Assembly: GCA_963779415.1 (NCBI GenBank)
Contig: CAVZYA010000003.1
Location: forward strand, 192,001 to 256,000
Direction of reading: 5' to 3'
Source: an uncultured Acidobacteriota bacterium
Lineage (GTDB): Bacteria > Acidobacteriota > Thermoanaerobaculia > UBA5066
Length of the DNA: 64,000 nt
Shown here: piece after piece, positions 29,513 through 40,131 of the stretch
Position numbering within the stretch: the stretch's first letter is position 1
How the letters are laid out: the number at the start of each line of letters is the position of its first letter
Program-made: the position numbers and the translations under genes
The notes under the pieces: generated by a model
Seen by the model: the letters and a program-made list of their open reading frames with translations, nothing else
Database searches by the model: none
What the model was told of the DNA's origin: nothing

Positions 29513-30484
29513 ATGAAGCTCGTGATCCAGATCCCGGCGTGGGACGAGGAGGCGCAGATCGCCGCCGCCCTCGCCGAGCTTCCGACGGACGTTCCCGGAT
29601 TCGACGAGGTCGAGACGCTCGTCGTGGACGACGGCTCGACCGACGGGACGGCCGAAGCGGCGCGAAAGGCGGGGGCCGACTACGTCGTCCGCCTCCCCCT
29701 CCATCGCGGCCTCGCCACCGCGTGGCGGGCCGGGCTCGATGCGGCGCTCCGTCTCGGGGCGGACGTCATCGTCTCCACGGACGCCGACCGGCAGTACGCG
29801 GCGAAGGAGATCGGGCGACTCGTGGAGCCGATTCTCAAGGGCGAGGCCGAGATCGTCGTCGGGGACCGCGGCGTCGCGACGAAGCCGGACTTCTCGGCCG
29901 GCAAGCGGATCGCGCAGCGGCTCGGTTCGTGGGCCGTCCGCCGGGCCTCGGGGGCCGAGGTCCCGGACGCGGCCTCGGGTTTTCGCGCGCTGACGCGCGA
30001 CGCGGCGCTGACCCTGAACGTCTTCTCGAAGATGACGTATACCGTCGAGACGCTGATCCAGGCCGGCAACAAGCAGATGAAGGTGGCGGCCGTCCGGATC
30101 GAAACGAACCCTCCGGTCCGCCCCTCGCGCCTTATCCGCCGTCCCTGGCGCTACGCCGCGGTCCAGGGCGCCAACATCCTCCGGATCTCGGCTCTCTACA
30201 AGCCGCTTCCCGTCTTCTTCGGGTTCGCGGCGCTGCAGCTCCTCGCGGCGCTCGTCCTCGTCGGCCGCTACGTCCTTTTCGTCCTCACCGGACAGAACCC
30301 CGGCGGCCACGTCCAGTCGCTCCTTCTCGCCGCGGTCCTCGGCATCGCCGCCCTCTTCACGTTTCTCGTCGGCCTCGTCGCCGACCTCATCTCCATCAAT
30401 CGGACGCTTCTCGAGGAGCTGGTGCTCGAAGCGCGGCGGCGCGACGCCGACGGCGGGACGAAGAAGGACGACGCGCCTCTCTGA
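29513..30484 (+). CDS. GT2 polyprenyl-phosphate glycosyltransferase (DPM/GtrB-like)
   Basis: VVDDGSTDGT, TDADRQY, DAASGFRA, two C-terminal TMs. Confidence 0.9.
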   Translation: MKLVIQIPAWDEEAQIAAALAELPTDVPGFDEVETLVVDDGSTDGTAEAARKAGADYVVRLPLHRGLATAWRAGLDAALRLGADVIVSTDADRQYAAKEIGRLVEPILKGEAEIVVGDRGVATKPDFSAGKRIAQRLGSWAVRRASGAEVPDAASGFRALTRDAALTLNVFSKMTYTVETLIQAGNKQMKVAAVRIETNPPVRPSRLIRRPWRYAAVQGANILRISALYKPLPVFFGFAALQLLAALVLVGRYVLFVLTGQNPGGHVQSLLLAAVLGIAALFTFLVGLVADLISINRTLLEELVLEARRRDADGGTKKDDAPL

Positions 30485-30491
30485 GGCCCGA

Positions 30492-32279
30492 TCAGCCCCG
30501 CCAGGGCCCGCCCAGCATGTTGGAGGCCGGGGCGAGGAGAAGCTTCTTCCGCTTCCGCGCCCGCTCGGGGAACCGCTTGGCCACCTCGCGAGCGAAGCTC
30601 GCCTTGACGCGGGCGAAGAGCTGGCTCCATGAGTAATGGAGCGGGTAGATGCGGCGCCCCATCAGGAAGGCGCGGACGAAGAAGTAGGCGAGGAAGTAGA
30701 GCTTCGTCCATGGCCGCCGGACGAGGTGCTTCACCGCGAAGTTCCGGAGGAAGGGGAAGACGAGAAGCACCGGCCCGAGGTAGGAGACGTTGATCTGCTC
30801 CATCTTCTCCCGCTCGGTGAAGCAGCCGAAGGGCGAGCCAGACTGGAACGACTCGTTGAGCGTCTCGAAGTCGCCGTCGAAGGCGCCCGTGTCGATCACG
30901 TACTGTGTGATCGGCGCCCCCGGGAAGGGATAGAGCGTCGCGAACTCCCCCGCCGACACCCGGCAGTTCACGTTGATGTCGAGCGACTCCAGCTCGTACT
31001 CGAGGTCGGTGTGCCGGAGGCCCAGCGCCCGGAGCTGCTCCGTCACCGCCTCCCGGACCCCCATCGGGACCGCGCCCTCTCCGGCGAGCGCATTCCGAAG
31101 CTCCTCGACCGGAATCCGGAAGTGCTCCTCGAGGTGTGTCACGAGCGCGGAGGCCTTCGGACCGAAGTCCGGGTCCTCCATCCCAGGGATGAGCGGCGTC
31201 GGGACGGCGAGGATCGTGTTCGAGAAGGTGTGGACGCCGCGGCTCCGGCAGTAGTCGAAGGCGAAGCGGATGTCCTCTTCCGACATCCCGCGCTTCATCA
31301 CGTGCTTGCGGATGAAGTCGTTCCCCGACTCGATCGACATGTAGATCGAATGGAGGCCGGCCTTCTTCAGGACGTCGACGATCTCCGGGCTCTTCCGGAC
31401 GAGGTCGCACCGCGTCAGGCAGTGAAACGGCCGGCCGACGACCTTTGGGTACTTCTCCGCGAACTCCTCGAGCCAGTCGTCCACGCGGAAGACGAAGATG
31501 TCGTCGTTGAACTTGACGAACTGCGTCGGCCAGCGGCGGACGAGGTCGGAAAGCTCGGCGAGAAGGCGGTCGACCGAATAGCGGTTGATCGTCTTCCCCT
31601 TCCCCTTGTACATCTGATTGAAGCGCGCGTTGAAGCAGTAGGTGCAGGGGTAGGGGCAGCCGCGCGAGGCGATGTGCGTCCGCATCCCGAAGTAGCGGAG
31701 CTGCGTGTTGTCGTAGACGAGGGCGCGATCCAGATACGGCAAGTCGTCGAGAAAGTTCGTCCGCTCGCCGAGGAGGATCGTCCCGTCCGGCCGGCGGTTC
31801 GTCCGCGTGACCATTCCGGGAATCGCGTCCGGCGACTCGTTCTTCGAAAGGGCCCGGAGGAGAGCGGGCCACGACTGGTCCGCCTCGCCGACCGCCATGA
31901 AATCGAGCCGGGTCTCCTCGACGGGGAGGATCTCGCGCCGCTTGCCGTCCCCGTTCGCTTTGGGGTGAAGCTCCTCTCCCTCGAGCCGCATCCGCTGGTA
32001 GTTGAAGGTGGGATGGGGCCCGCCCATGATCGAGACGATCCGGTCGCCCCACGCCTCGCGCACCTCGCGGTTGACCTTGAAGAAGGTGTTGCTCTCCCCC
32101 GTCTTGGCGCTGTACGCGACGATGTCGGGACGGATCGTCCGGAGGTCCCGGTCGAGGTCCGCGTGCTCGAGGACGTTCAGGAAGGTCTCGTGCCCTTCCT
32201 CCTTCGCCAGCGCCGACAGAAGCTGGATGTTCAGCGGGTCGATATTCTCTTCCCGGATCATCACGAACAGGATCTTCAT
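30492..32279 (-). CDS. Cobalamin-binding radical SAM protein
   Basis: GGPHPT and GEAD B12-domain motifs, SRGCPYPCTYC, IESGN, PFPGA; start ATG 32279 (MKILFV). Confidence 0.9.
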   Translation of the reverse strand: MKILFVMIREENIDPLNIQLLSALAKEEGHETFLNVLEHADLDRDLRTIRPDIVAYSAKTGESNTFFKVNREVREAWGDRIVSIMGGPHPTFNYQRMRLEGEELHPKANGDGKRREILPVEETRLDFMAVGEADQSWPALLRALSKNESPDAIPGMVTRTNRRPDGTILLGERTNFLDDLPYLDRALVYDNTQLRYFGMRTHIASRGCPYPCTYCFNARFNQMYKGKGKTINRYSVDRLLAELSDLVRRWPTQFVKFNDDIFVFRVDDWLEEFAEKYPKVVGRPFHCLTRCDLVRKSPEIVDVLKKAGLHSIYMSIESGNDFIRKHVMKRGMSEEDIRFAFDYCRSRGVHTFSNTILAVPTPLIPGMEDPDFGPKASALVTHLEEHFRIPVEELRNALAGEGAVPMGVREAVTEQLRALGLRHTDLEYELESLDINVNCRVSAGEFATLYPFPGAPITQYVIDTGAFDGDFETLNESFQSGSPFGCFTEREKMEQINVSYLGPVLLVFPFLRNFAVKHLVRRPWTKLYFLAYFFVRAFLMGRRIYPLHYSWSQLFARVKASFAREVAKRFPERARKRKKLLLAPASNMLGGPWRG

Positions 32280-32392
32280 CGGTAGGCTCCCGGCGACCGC
32301 GCCCCATTCTTGAGACGCTCTCTCACTATACACGCCCCTCTCCGACACCATGGGCCCGTCCGGCCCGACGAGCGTCGGCTATTCTCTCGCGG

Positions 32393-33374
32393 TTGGACCC
32401 GAACGCCCCCCGGCCCCGCCGGACCGTCTCCCGCCTCCTCGCGCTTGCCGCCTTCGCCGCCATCGCACTCTTCGCCGTGGCCGCGGTCCGGAGCGCGCCG
32501 GAAGGGACGTTTTCCCGGCTCCGGACGGCCGATCCGCTTCTCCTCGCGGCGGGCTCCGTGGCATACGGAGGCGCCTTCTTCTTCCGGGGCGCCCGTCTGA
32601 ACTTCCTCCTTCCCGCCGAGACCCGTATCTCCGCGACGAGGGCGTGGTCTCTTTCCGCGGCGTCTCTTTTTCTCGTCCAGGTGCTTCCGCTCCGCGGGGG
32701 CGAGATCGGGACGTGGGCGGCGATCCGGGCCGCGCTCGGGACCGGCTGGCTCCGATCCGGGGCCGTCTTCCTGACGGCAAAGCTCGTCGACAGCGCCGTC
32801 CTCGTCCTCATCGGCCTCGCCGGGGGCGCCTCAGCGCTCGCCGCCGGGCGCGCCCCGGCCCTGAGCCTCGCGGCCGGCGGGGCGGCCGCCGCGGGGGCCG
32901 TCCTGCTTCTTCTCGCTCCGCGCCTCGCGGGGAAGGCGGCCGGGCGCCTCGCGGCGCGCTTCCCGGAAGGGTCGCGCCGGGCGCGCTTTTCCCGCGAGAT
33001 CTGCCGAGGCGCTCGGGGTCGCGCACGACCATCCCGGCCGCTATCTCGCGGCGGTCGCCGCCGCGGCGGCCTGCGCGTCGATCCAGGTCGCCGCGCTTTC
33101 CCTGATGCTCCACGGCCTCGGAATCGATGTCTCCCCTGCCGGCGTGGCCGTGGCGCTCCTCATCTCGGCCCTCGCCTCCTCGTCGATCCCCTCGCCCGTC
33201 GGCAACTTCGGTCCGACGGAGACAGGTTTCACCGCGGGACTCGCCCTCGCCGGCGTCCCGCTCCCCGTCGGCCTCGTCGCGGCGGGGCTTCTCCACCTTC
33301 TCGCGGCGCTCGCGTGCGGCGCCGCCGGCCTTCCGTTCTTCGTCCGCCACGGCACGGCGGTTTTCTCGGCGTGA
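32393..33374 (+). CDS. Lysylphosphatidylglycerol synthase TM (flippase-like) family membrane protein, frameshifted
   Basis: LPLRGGEI..., KLVD, and IPSPVGNFGPTE in another frame; frame break near 33000-33050. Confidence 0.75.
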
Positions 33375-33439
33375 AGCGTTCGCTTCATTTCCTCTCGCGC
33401 CCGGGCGCGATACCGTTCCGAACTCGACAAGGAGGTCCG

Positions 33440-35503
33440 ATGCGTCGCTCTCTCTTCTCGCCATCCTCGCCGTTCCAGCTCTCCTCACGGTCGTCGTGGC
33501 GCTGACCGCCCGTCGCCGCGGGCCCCGCCCGGGCGCCCGGCAAGGCCGATCGACTCCGCCAACTTCGACACGGCCGCGCTCCGTGCGCCGACTTCTACCA
33601 GTACGCGGACGGCGGCTGGCTGAAGGCGAACCCGATCCCGGCCGACAAGGGGCGCTTGGGGCTCGTTCGAGGAGGTCGTGGAGCGGAACCGCGCCATCGA
33701 GAAGACGATCCTCGAGGAGACCTCCGCGAAGACCGACTGGCCGAAGGGAAGCGTCCGGCAGAAGGTGGGCGACTTCTACGCCGCCGGAATGGACGAGGCG
33801 GCGATCGAGAAGGACGGCACGAAGTTTCTCGCCCCCTGGCTCGAAAAAGTGGACGCGCTCTCCTCGGCCGCCGACCTCCCGAAGCTTCTCGCCGAGCTCC
33901 ACTCCCGGCGCCTGCCGGCGGGCTTCGGCCTCTACATCGCGCAGGACCAGAAGGAGTCGACCCGGTACATCCCCATCCTGGGGCAGGGGGGCCTCGGCCT
34001 TCCCGATCGGGACTACTACCTCAAGGAGGACCCGAAGTCGAGGGAGATCCGCGAGCAGTACGCCGCGCACGTCGCACGGATGTTCGCTCTTCTCGGGGAC
34101 CCCTCCGACGCCGCGAGAGCGGAGGCGGACGCCGTCTTCGCATTCGAAACGAAGCTCGCGAGGGCCTCGCGGACGCGCGTCGAGCTGCGCGACCCGCAGA
34201 AGAACTACAACAAGCGGAGCCTCGCCGATCTCGCGAAGGAGGCGCCCGGCTTCGACTGGAAGGCGTACCTCGTCGCGGTCGGGATCCCGGAAGGGCAGGA
34301 GCTGAACGTCCGGCAGCCCGACTTCTTCAGGGCGTACGCGGAGATGGCCTCCGCAGAGCCGCTCTCCACCTGGAAGACCTATCTGAAGTGGCACATCCTC
34401 CACGGCTCGGCAACCCTTCTTCCGAAGCGGTTCGACGAGGAGAACTTCGACTTCTACGGCCGGACCCTGCGCGGCGTCCCGCAGCAGGAGGAGAGGTGGA
34501 AGCGCGTCCTCGCGGCGACCGACCAGGCGATCGGGGAGGCGCTGGGGCAGCTCTACGTCGAGAAGGCCTTCAGCCCGAAGTCGAAGGAGCGGATGATCGT
34601 CCTCGTCGAGAACCTGCGCGCCGCCCTGAAGGACCGGATCGAGGCGCTTCCCTGGATGGGGCCCGAGACGAAGAAGGCCGCCCTCAGGAAGCTCGCCGCC
34701 TTCGGCGTGAAGATCGGCTACCCCGACAAGTGGCGCGACTATTCCGCTCTCGAGATCACGCGCACCTCCTATTTCGAGAACGTTCTCCGCGCGCACGCCT
34801 TCGAGACGAAGCGGAACCTGGCGAAGCTGGGCAAGCCGATCGACAGGACCGAGTGGGGGATGACGCCCGCCACCGTCAACGCCTACTACAGCCCGACGAT
34901 GAACGAGATCGTCTTCCCGGCGGGAATCCTCCAGCCGCCGTTCTTCTACGCCGACGCGGACGACGCCGTGAACTACGGCGGCGATCGGCGGCGTCATCGG
35001 GCACGAGATGTCGCACGGCTTCGACGACTCCGGGAGCCAGTACGACGCCGACGGGAACCTGAAGAACTGGTGGAGCGGAGAGGACCGGAAGGCGTACGAA
35101 GTCGCGGACCGCCCTCATGGTGAAGCAGTTCGACGGCTACAAGCCCCTTCCCGACCAGGCGATCAACGGGAAGCTGACGCTCGGCGAGAACATCGGCGAC
35201 CTCGGCGGACTGAAGATCGCGTATGCCGCGCTCGCGAAGGCTCTCGGAAAGGATCCGGTCACGGCCGCGCCAATCGACGGGTTTACTCCCGCCCAGCGCT
35301 TCTTCCTCAACTGGGCGACCGTCTGGCGGAACCAGATCCGCGACGACACGCTCCGCGTCAACCTGAACACCGATCCGCACTCGCCGGGACGCTTCCGGGT
35401 CCTCGGGCCGCTCTCGAACCTCCCGGAGTTCCAGGCCGCCTTCGGCTGCGGGGCGGGGACCGCCATGAACCGCCCCGAGGCGGAACGTCCGAGCATCTGG
35501 TAG
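33440..35503 (+). CDS. M13 family (neprilysin/PepO-like) metallopeptidase, multiply frameshifted
   Basis: [58 protein letters not shown] spread over several frames. Confidence 0.88.
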
Positions 35504-35507
35504 CGGC

Positions 35508-36969
35508 GTGACGCTCCTTCTCCGCTGGGGCCGCCGGCTCGCCGTCGCCGCCGTCCTCGTCTGGGCGACGCTCGTCGTCGGCGGGGCGTTCGGCGCCCGC
35601 TCCCGCCTCCCCGACCTGAAGCCGTGGCACCGGCTCGTCCCGAAGGCCGAACTGAGAGCCTCCGACCTCGGGGAGACGGCGACGCTCGCGGACTATCTTA
35701 AGCGCGAGGACGAGACCTTCGCCGAGGTCAAGACGCGAAATCGGGGCACGGCTCACGCCGGCGGACCGCGTCGTCTCGAACCGCTACTTCGACGGGAGCC
35801 CGCTCGACCCCGACAACGCGGCGAAGAACTGGAACCGGACCTTCGAGCTGGTCCCGGAGACGATTCGCGGCGGCGTCCTCCTCGTCCACGGCCTCACGGA
35901 CTCGCCCTACAGCGTCCGGGCGCTGGCCGAGATCTACCGGGCGAACGGCTTCTATGCCCTCGCTCTCCGGATGCCGGGACACGGCACCGTGCCGGGGGCG
36001 CTGACCGAGGCGACGTGGGAGGACTGGCTCGCGGCGGTGAAGCTCGGCGCGCGGCACGTCCGGTCGCGGATCGGCGAGAAGGCGCCGCTTCACCTCGTCG
36101 GCTACTCGAACGGCGGGGCGCTCGTCCTCTCGCACGCCCTCGAGGCGCTCGACGATCCGAAGCTTCCGAAAGCCGACCGCCTCGTCCTCCTCTCGCCGAT
36201 GATCGGCGTCACCCCGTTCGCCGCCCTCGCGCGGACGGTCGGCCGGCTCGGCGTCTTCCCGTACTTCGAGAAGGCGAAGTGGACCGACGTCCTCCCCGAG
36301 TACAACCCGTACAAGTACAACTCCTTCCCCGCGAACGCCGGATGGCAGACGTGGAAGCTGACCTCCCGGCTCGAGGGACGGCTGAAGAGGCTGGCGGAGG
36401 CGGGACGCGCGGGCGAGATCCCGAAGGTTCTGACCTTCCAGTCACTCGTCGACGCGACGGTCTCGACCCCCGCCATCCTAGACCGGCTCTATTCGCGCCT
36501 CACGAAGGAAGGGAGCGAGCTCGTCCTCTTCGACGTGAGCCGGACCTCGAACCTGAAGCCCTTCCTGAAGCCCGACGGCGACGCGCTCCTCTCCCGAATC
36601 GCCGGCGACAAGGGCCGGAGGTACGTTCTGACCGTCGTCACGAACGAGTCTCCCGATACCCGCGAGGTCGCCGCGAAGAGCTACGTGCCCGGGGCGGCCG
36701 AGCCGGACGTGAAGCCCCTCGGCCTCTCCTGGCCCGCCGACGTCTACTCCCTCTCCCACATCGCCCTCCCCTTCCGGCCCGACGACCCCCTCTTCGGGAT
36801 CGATCCGGCGCTCGCCGGGACGGGCGGGTTCCACCTCGGCCTCCTCGCGCCGCGCGGCGAGAAGTCGATCCTCGTCGTCCCCGAGGAGGTCCTGATGCGG
36901 ATCTCCTCGAACCCGTTCTTTCCTTTCGTCGAGTCCCGGGTTCGCGAGGCCATCCTGCCCGCGAACTGA
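35508..36969 (+). CDS. Alpha/beta hydrolase with N-terminal anchor, frameshifted
   Basis: [22 protein letters not shown] nucleophile elbow, SLSHIALPF; frame break near 35740. Confidence 0.82.
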
Positions 36970-36998
36970 CGCGCGACCGCCCCTCACTTCCTGACCGC

Positions 36999-38676
36999 TC
37001 AGCCTCCTCGCCCCGCCCGCTCGAGGAGCTGGTCCGCCGTCCGGAGGGCCAGAGCCGTTATGGTGAGGGAGGGCGAATCCCCCGCTCCCGCTCGAAGGGA
37101 CGAGCGATCCGTCGGCGAACGCCAGATTCGGGATCTCATGGCAGAAGCCGTCGGCGCCGGAGACCGAATCCGCCGGGCCAGTCCCCATCCGGCACGTCCC
37201 GAGGACGTGTGCGGTCAGAAAGCGATCGAGGGAGGAGTATTCCTCCAACGTCTCGGCTCCGGCGGCCGAAAGGAGCGCCCGCCCCCGCTCCACCATCTCT
37301 CTGAGAAGTCGCTTCTCGTTCTCTCCGAGGCGCGACGTGATGCGTGCCACGGGGAGCCCCTGCGCGTCCGTGAGGGACGGATCCAGATCGACGAGCGTCC
37401 CCGGGTTCGGCAGCCAGTCGCCGATTCCGAGGAGGCCGACGGCGCGCCCGAAGACTTCCGCCATCCGATTCTGGTGTTCCAGCCCGAAGCCCGGGACGAG
37501 CCTTCCTGCGTAAGCCGCCGGGCCGCGCAGCCCGGCCGCGCCGTGGGCCGTGGAGAGTCGGAAACCCCCGACCGCGCCGCTTCTTCGGAGGCTCGGGACC
37601 GACTCGTCCCAGGCCGTCCCGTCGATCGGGACGCCCCGGTGCGAGTCGACCCTTTCCGGCAGGAGAGCCGTGCTCTGCCAGAGAAGCGTCTCGGTCAGAT
37701 TCAAACCGACCTGACCGGAGCCGTTCGCGAGGCCCTGCGGGAAGAGTCTCGACCTGGAGAGCAGTAGGAGCCTCGGCGTCTCGACGGCGCCTCCCGCGAG
37801 AACGACGAACCTCGCTTCGAGCCTCTGAAGCGTTCCCTCCCGGTCCATGAAGACGACGCCGGATGCGCGGCCCTTTCCGTCGACCTCGATCCGCGTGGCC
37901 GCGCTCTCGGTTCGAAGCTCCAGCCGACCCGTCCGGAGCGCTTCCGGCAGGAAGGTCACGTCGGCGCTTCCCTTGTCGCCGATGGGGCACCCCTCGGTGC
38001 ACGAGTTGCAGTAATTGCATGCCGGCCGCCCCTCGAAGGGCTCGGAGAGGATCGCGAGCGAATTGGGGACGAGCGTCAGCCCGACGGCCGAGAATGCCTT
38101 CGAGAGTCGGGTGCTGGCATACGAGAGCCGGTGAGCGGGGAAAGGTGGAGCGTTCGCTCGCGGCCGGCAGCGGATTTCCATGGGCGCCGCCACCCCCATA
38201 CGCCGTTCGGCGAGTTCGTAGTACGGCTCGAGATCCTGATACGAGATGGGCCAGTCGACGCCCGCGCCGAGAAGCGAGGACATTCTCAGGGAGTCGGGGT
38301 GATACCGGTGCGCCTCTCCCTGGAAGCGAAGCGTGCTTCCCCCGACGCCCCGGACGTGCGCGTACTGAAGGTAGAGCCGCCGGTTCCCGCGCTGCCGACC
38401 CGCCACGAGGTCGTGAGAGCGGTAATCGTCCCAGCCCGCGTCGATCTCCTGGGCGGGCCCGAAGCCGTGGCGGGGCTTGCCGCGCTCGTCTGAGTCGGGG
38501 TCGAAAGGAAAACCGCGGATCTCGAAATCGGGCGACGTCTGCGGGTAGTCGCGTTCGGGCCGGTACCGCCTTCCCGCCTCCAGGAGCGTGACGCGCATCC
38601 CCCGGGTCGTCAGCCGCCAGGCCGCCGCGAGGCCGCCCGCGCCGGCGCCGACGACGATGACGTCCGTCTCAGACAC
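36999..38676 (-). CDS. GMC family FAD oxidoreductase (gluconate/2-keto-gluconate dehydrogenase-like large subunit), frameshift near C-terminus
   Basis: VIVVGAGAGG, GVGGST, WPISY.DLEPYY, CNYCNSCTEGC cluster motif, HVLGTCRMG, SPSLTITALALR after a G5 run at about 37080; no signal peptide. Confidence 0.9.
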
Positions 38677-39850
38677 CGGGCTTCTCGGCGAAGTCCGGAT
38701 AGCCCTCCGGCTGCGGGGCGTGCGTGAACCCCACGACTTTCCAGGCTGCCGGGCTTGCGTAATGGATCTCCATCGCCCGGTTCCGGACGCTCTCATAGAA
38801 GAAGCGCGGAAGAGTTCCTTCCCCGGCGCGGGCGATCTCTCGCACGAGATCGGCGCGCCTCGCAGGGTCGAGCTCGCGAAACGACGGCGACCCGGCGCGC
38901 TTCGCGCCGCGATCGAGGAGCTCGACGCCTTCGACGAGCGCCCGCCGCGTCTGGCGCCGCTCCTCCAGTTCGGGCAGAAGCTTCGGAAGGACTCCCGTCG
39001 CCCGATGCCCCGGGAACCGGCCGTCGGGGATCAGCGTGTCCAGAAAGGCTTCCAGCGTCCTCTGCCCCGAAGCGTCCAGTCGCCCCGGGAGAAAGACCCT
39101 CTTGAGGATCCAGGCTCCGACGGCGAACGCGGCCGTTCCCAGGAGACCCTGGAGCAGGTCGCGGCGCGACCATCCGGAGGACGCGGCCGGCTCGGAACGT
39201 GGAGCCACGCCGCCCGAGACGACGAGAAGAAGGGCGACGAGGAAGACGCCGCCGGCGCATCCCGCGACGAACAGCGCCCAGGCCGCCGGGGAGCCGAGCG
39301 AAGCGGCCCGCGCCGCGACCTTCGCCACGTCGTCTCCGCGCAGGTCGAACGCCGAGGAGAATCCCGCGACCCGGGCCAGCCTCGTGATCGGGATGGACGC
39401 GGCTTCGTACGCGTCTCCCGTCAGCGACGCGACGGGCTGGAGCGCCGCCGCGAGGGCTGCTCCGAAGAAGACCGCGCTCCTCGCTCGGGCGGCTCGACGC
39501 GCCAGCGCGGCCCCGATCGTGGCCAGGAGAACGTGAGGGAGGGCGACGGTCACGAAGTAGGACACGTCCCCGGCGGGAGCGAATCCGGAGAGCCGTCCCG
39601 CGTACTCTCCCCCCGCCGAGATCCACGAAAAGTGCCGCTCGAGGAGCCGTCCTCCGAAGGCAGGTGAGATCTCGAGGCGAGTGACGGAGCCCCCCGTCGC
39701 AGCGCACCCCGCCACATGGAGCAGCTCGTGGACGGGGACGAGAATCCAGAGGCTCGCGACGAATCCGGCGAGGAGCCACGCGAGTCGCAACGCCCTGTTC
39801 TGGAGGACGGCGCCCAGCGCCGAAAGCTGGTCTTCGAGAGTTCTCTTCAG
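38669..39850 (-). CDS. Fusion of an HEXXH polytopic membrane domain (M50B/DUF3267-like) with a twin-arginine gluconate-2-dehydrogenase subunit-3-like domain
   Basis: VHELLHVAG, about 4 TMs, LTGDAYE; internal SRRDLLQGLLG; then FLDTLIP, FRELDPARR, FFYESVR..HYA..AW..VGF. Start inferred as CTG overlapping the upstream TGA. Confidence 0.65.
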   Translation of the reverse strand: MKRTLEDQLSALGAVLQNRALRLAWLLAGFVASLWILVPVHELLHVAGCAATGGSVTRLEISPAFGGRLLERHFSWISAGGEYAGRLSGFAPAGDVSYFVTVALPHVLLATIGAALARRAARARSAVFFGAALAAALQPVASLTGDAYEAASIPITRLARVAGFSSAFDLRGDDVAKVAARAASLGSPAAWALFVAGCAGGVFLVALLLVVSGGVAPRSEPAASSGWSRRDLLQGLLGTAAFAVGAWILKRVFLPGRLDASGQRTLEAFLDTLIPDGRFPGHRATGVLPKLLPELEERRQTRRALVEGVELLDRGAKRAGSPSFRELDPARRADLVREIARAGEGTLPRFFYESVRNRAMEIHYASPAAWKVVGFTHAPQPEGYPDFAEKPGV

Positions 39851-40020
39851 CGTTTCTTGCGTCGGATCGCGACCACGCCCGCCCCCATCAGCGCGAGCCC
39901 AAGGGTGATCAGCCCCGCCTCGCCGAGCGCCGGAATCCGATCCGCACGGGGCACGCCCGCCCACGACACGCCTGGCAGCAGGACGATCACGAGCAGCGCC
40001 AGCTTCACAGCCTTCTTCAT
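39847..40020 (-). CDS. 57-aa mini-protein: signal peptide, 7-aa core and IPTL-CTERM-like sorting signal
   Basis: Manual translation MKKAVKLALLVIVLLPGVSWA-GVPRADR-IPALGEAGLITLGLALMGAGVVAIRRKKR; G-rich RBS (AAAAGGGGGG) upstream; below the ORF-track size cutoff. Confidence 0.8.
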   Translation of the reverse strand: MKKAVKLALLVIVLLPGVSWAGVPRADRIPALGEAGLITLGLALMGAGVVAIRRKKR

Positions 40021-40131
40021 GTCGGTCCCCCCTTTTCGGGGAGACTATCGTGAACGGGACCTCTCCGACAACGCGAGAAGTTCCGTTCCCGGAGAATCCC
40101 GGCCCACATCAGGAATGACCTGACCTGGCCA

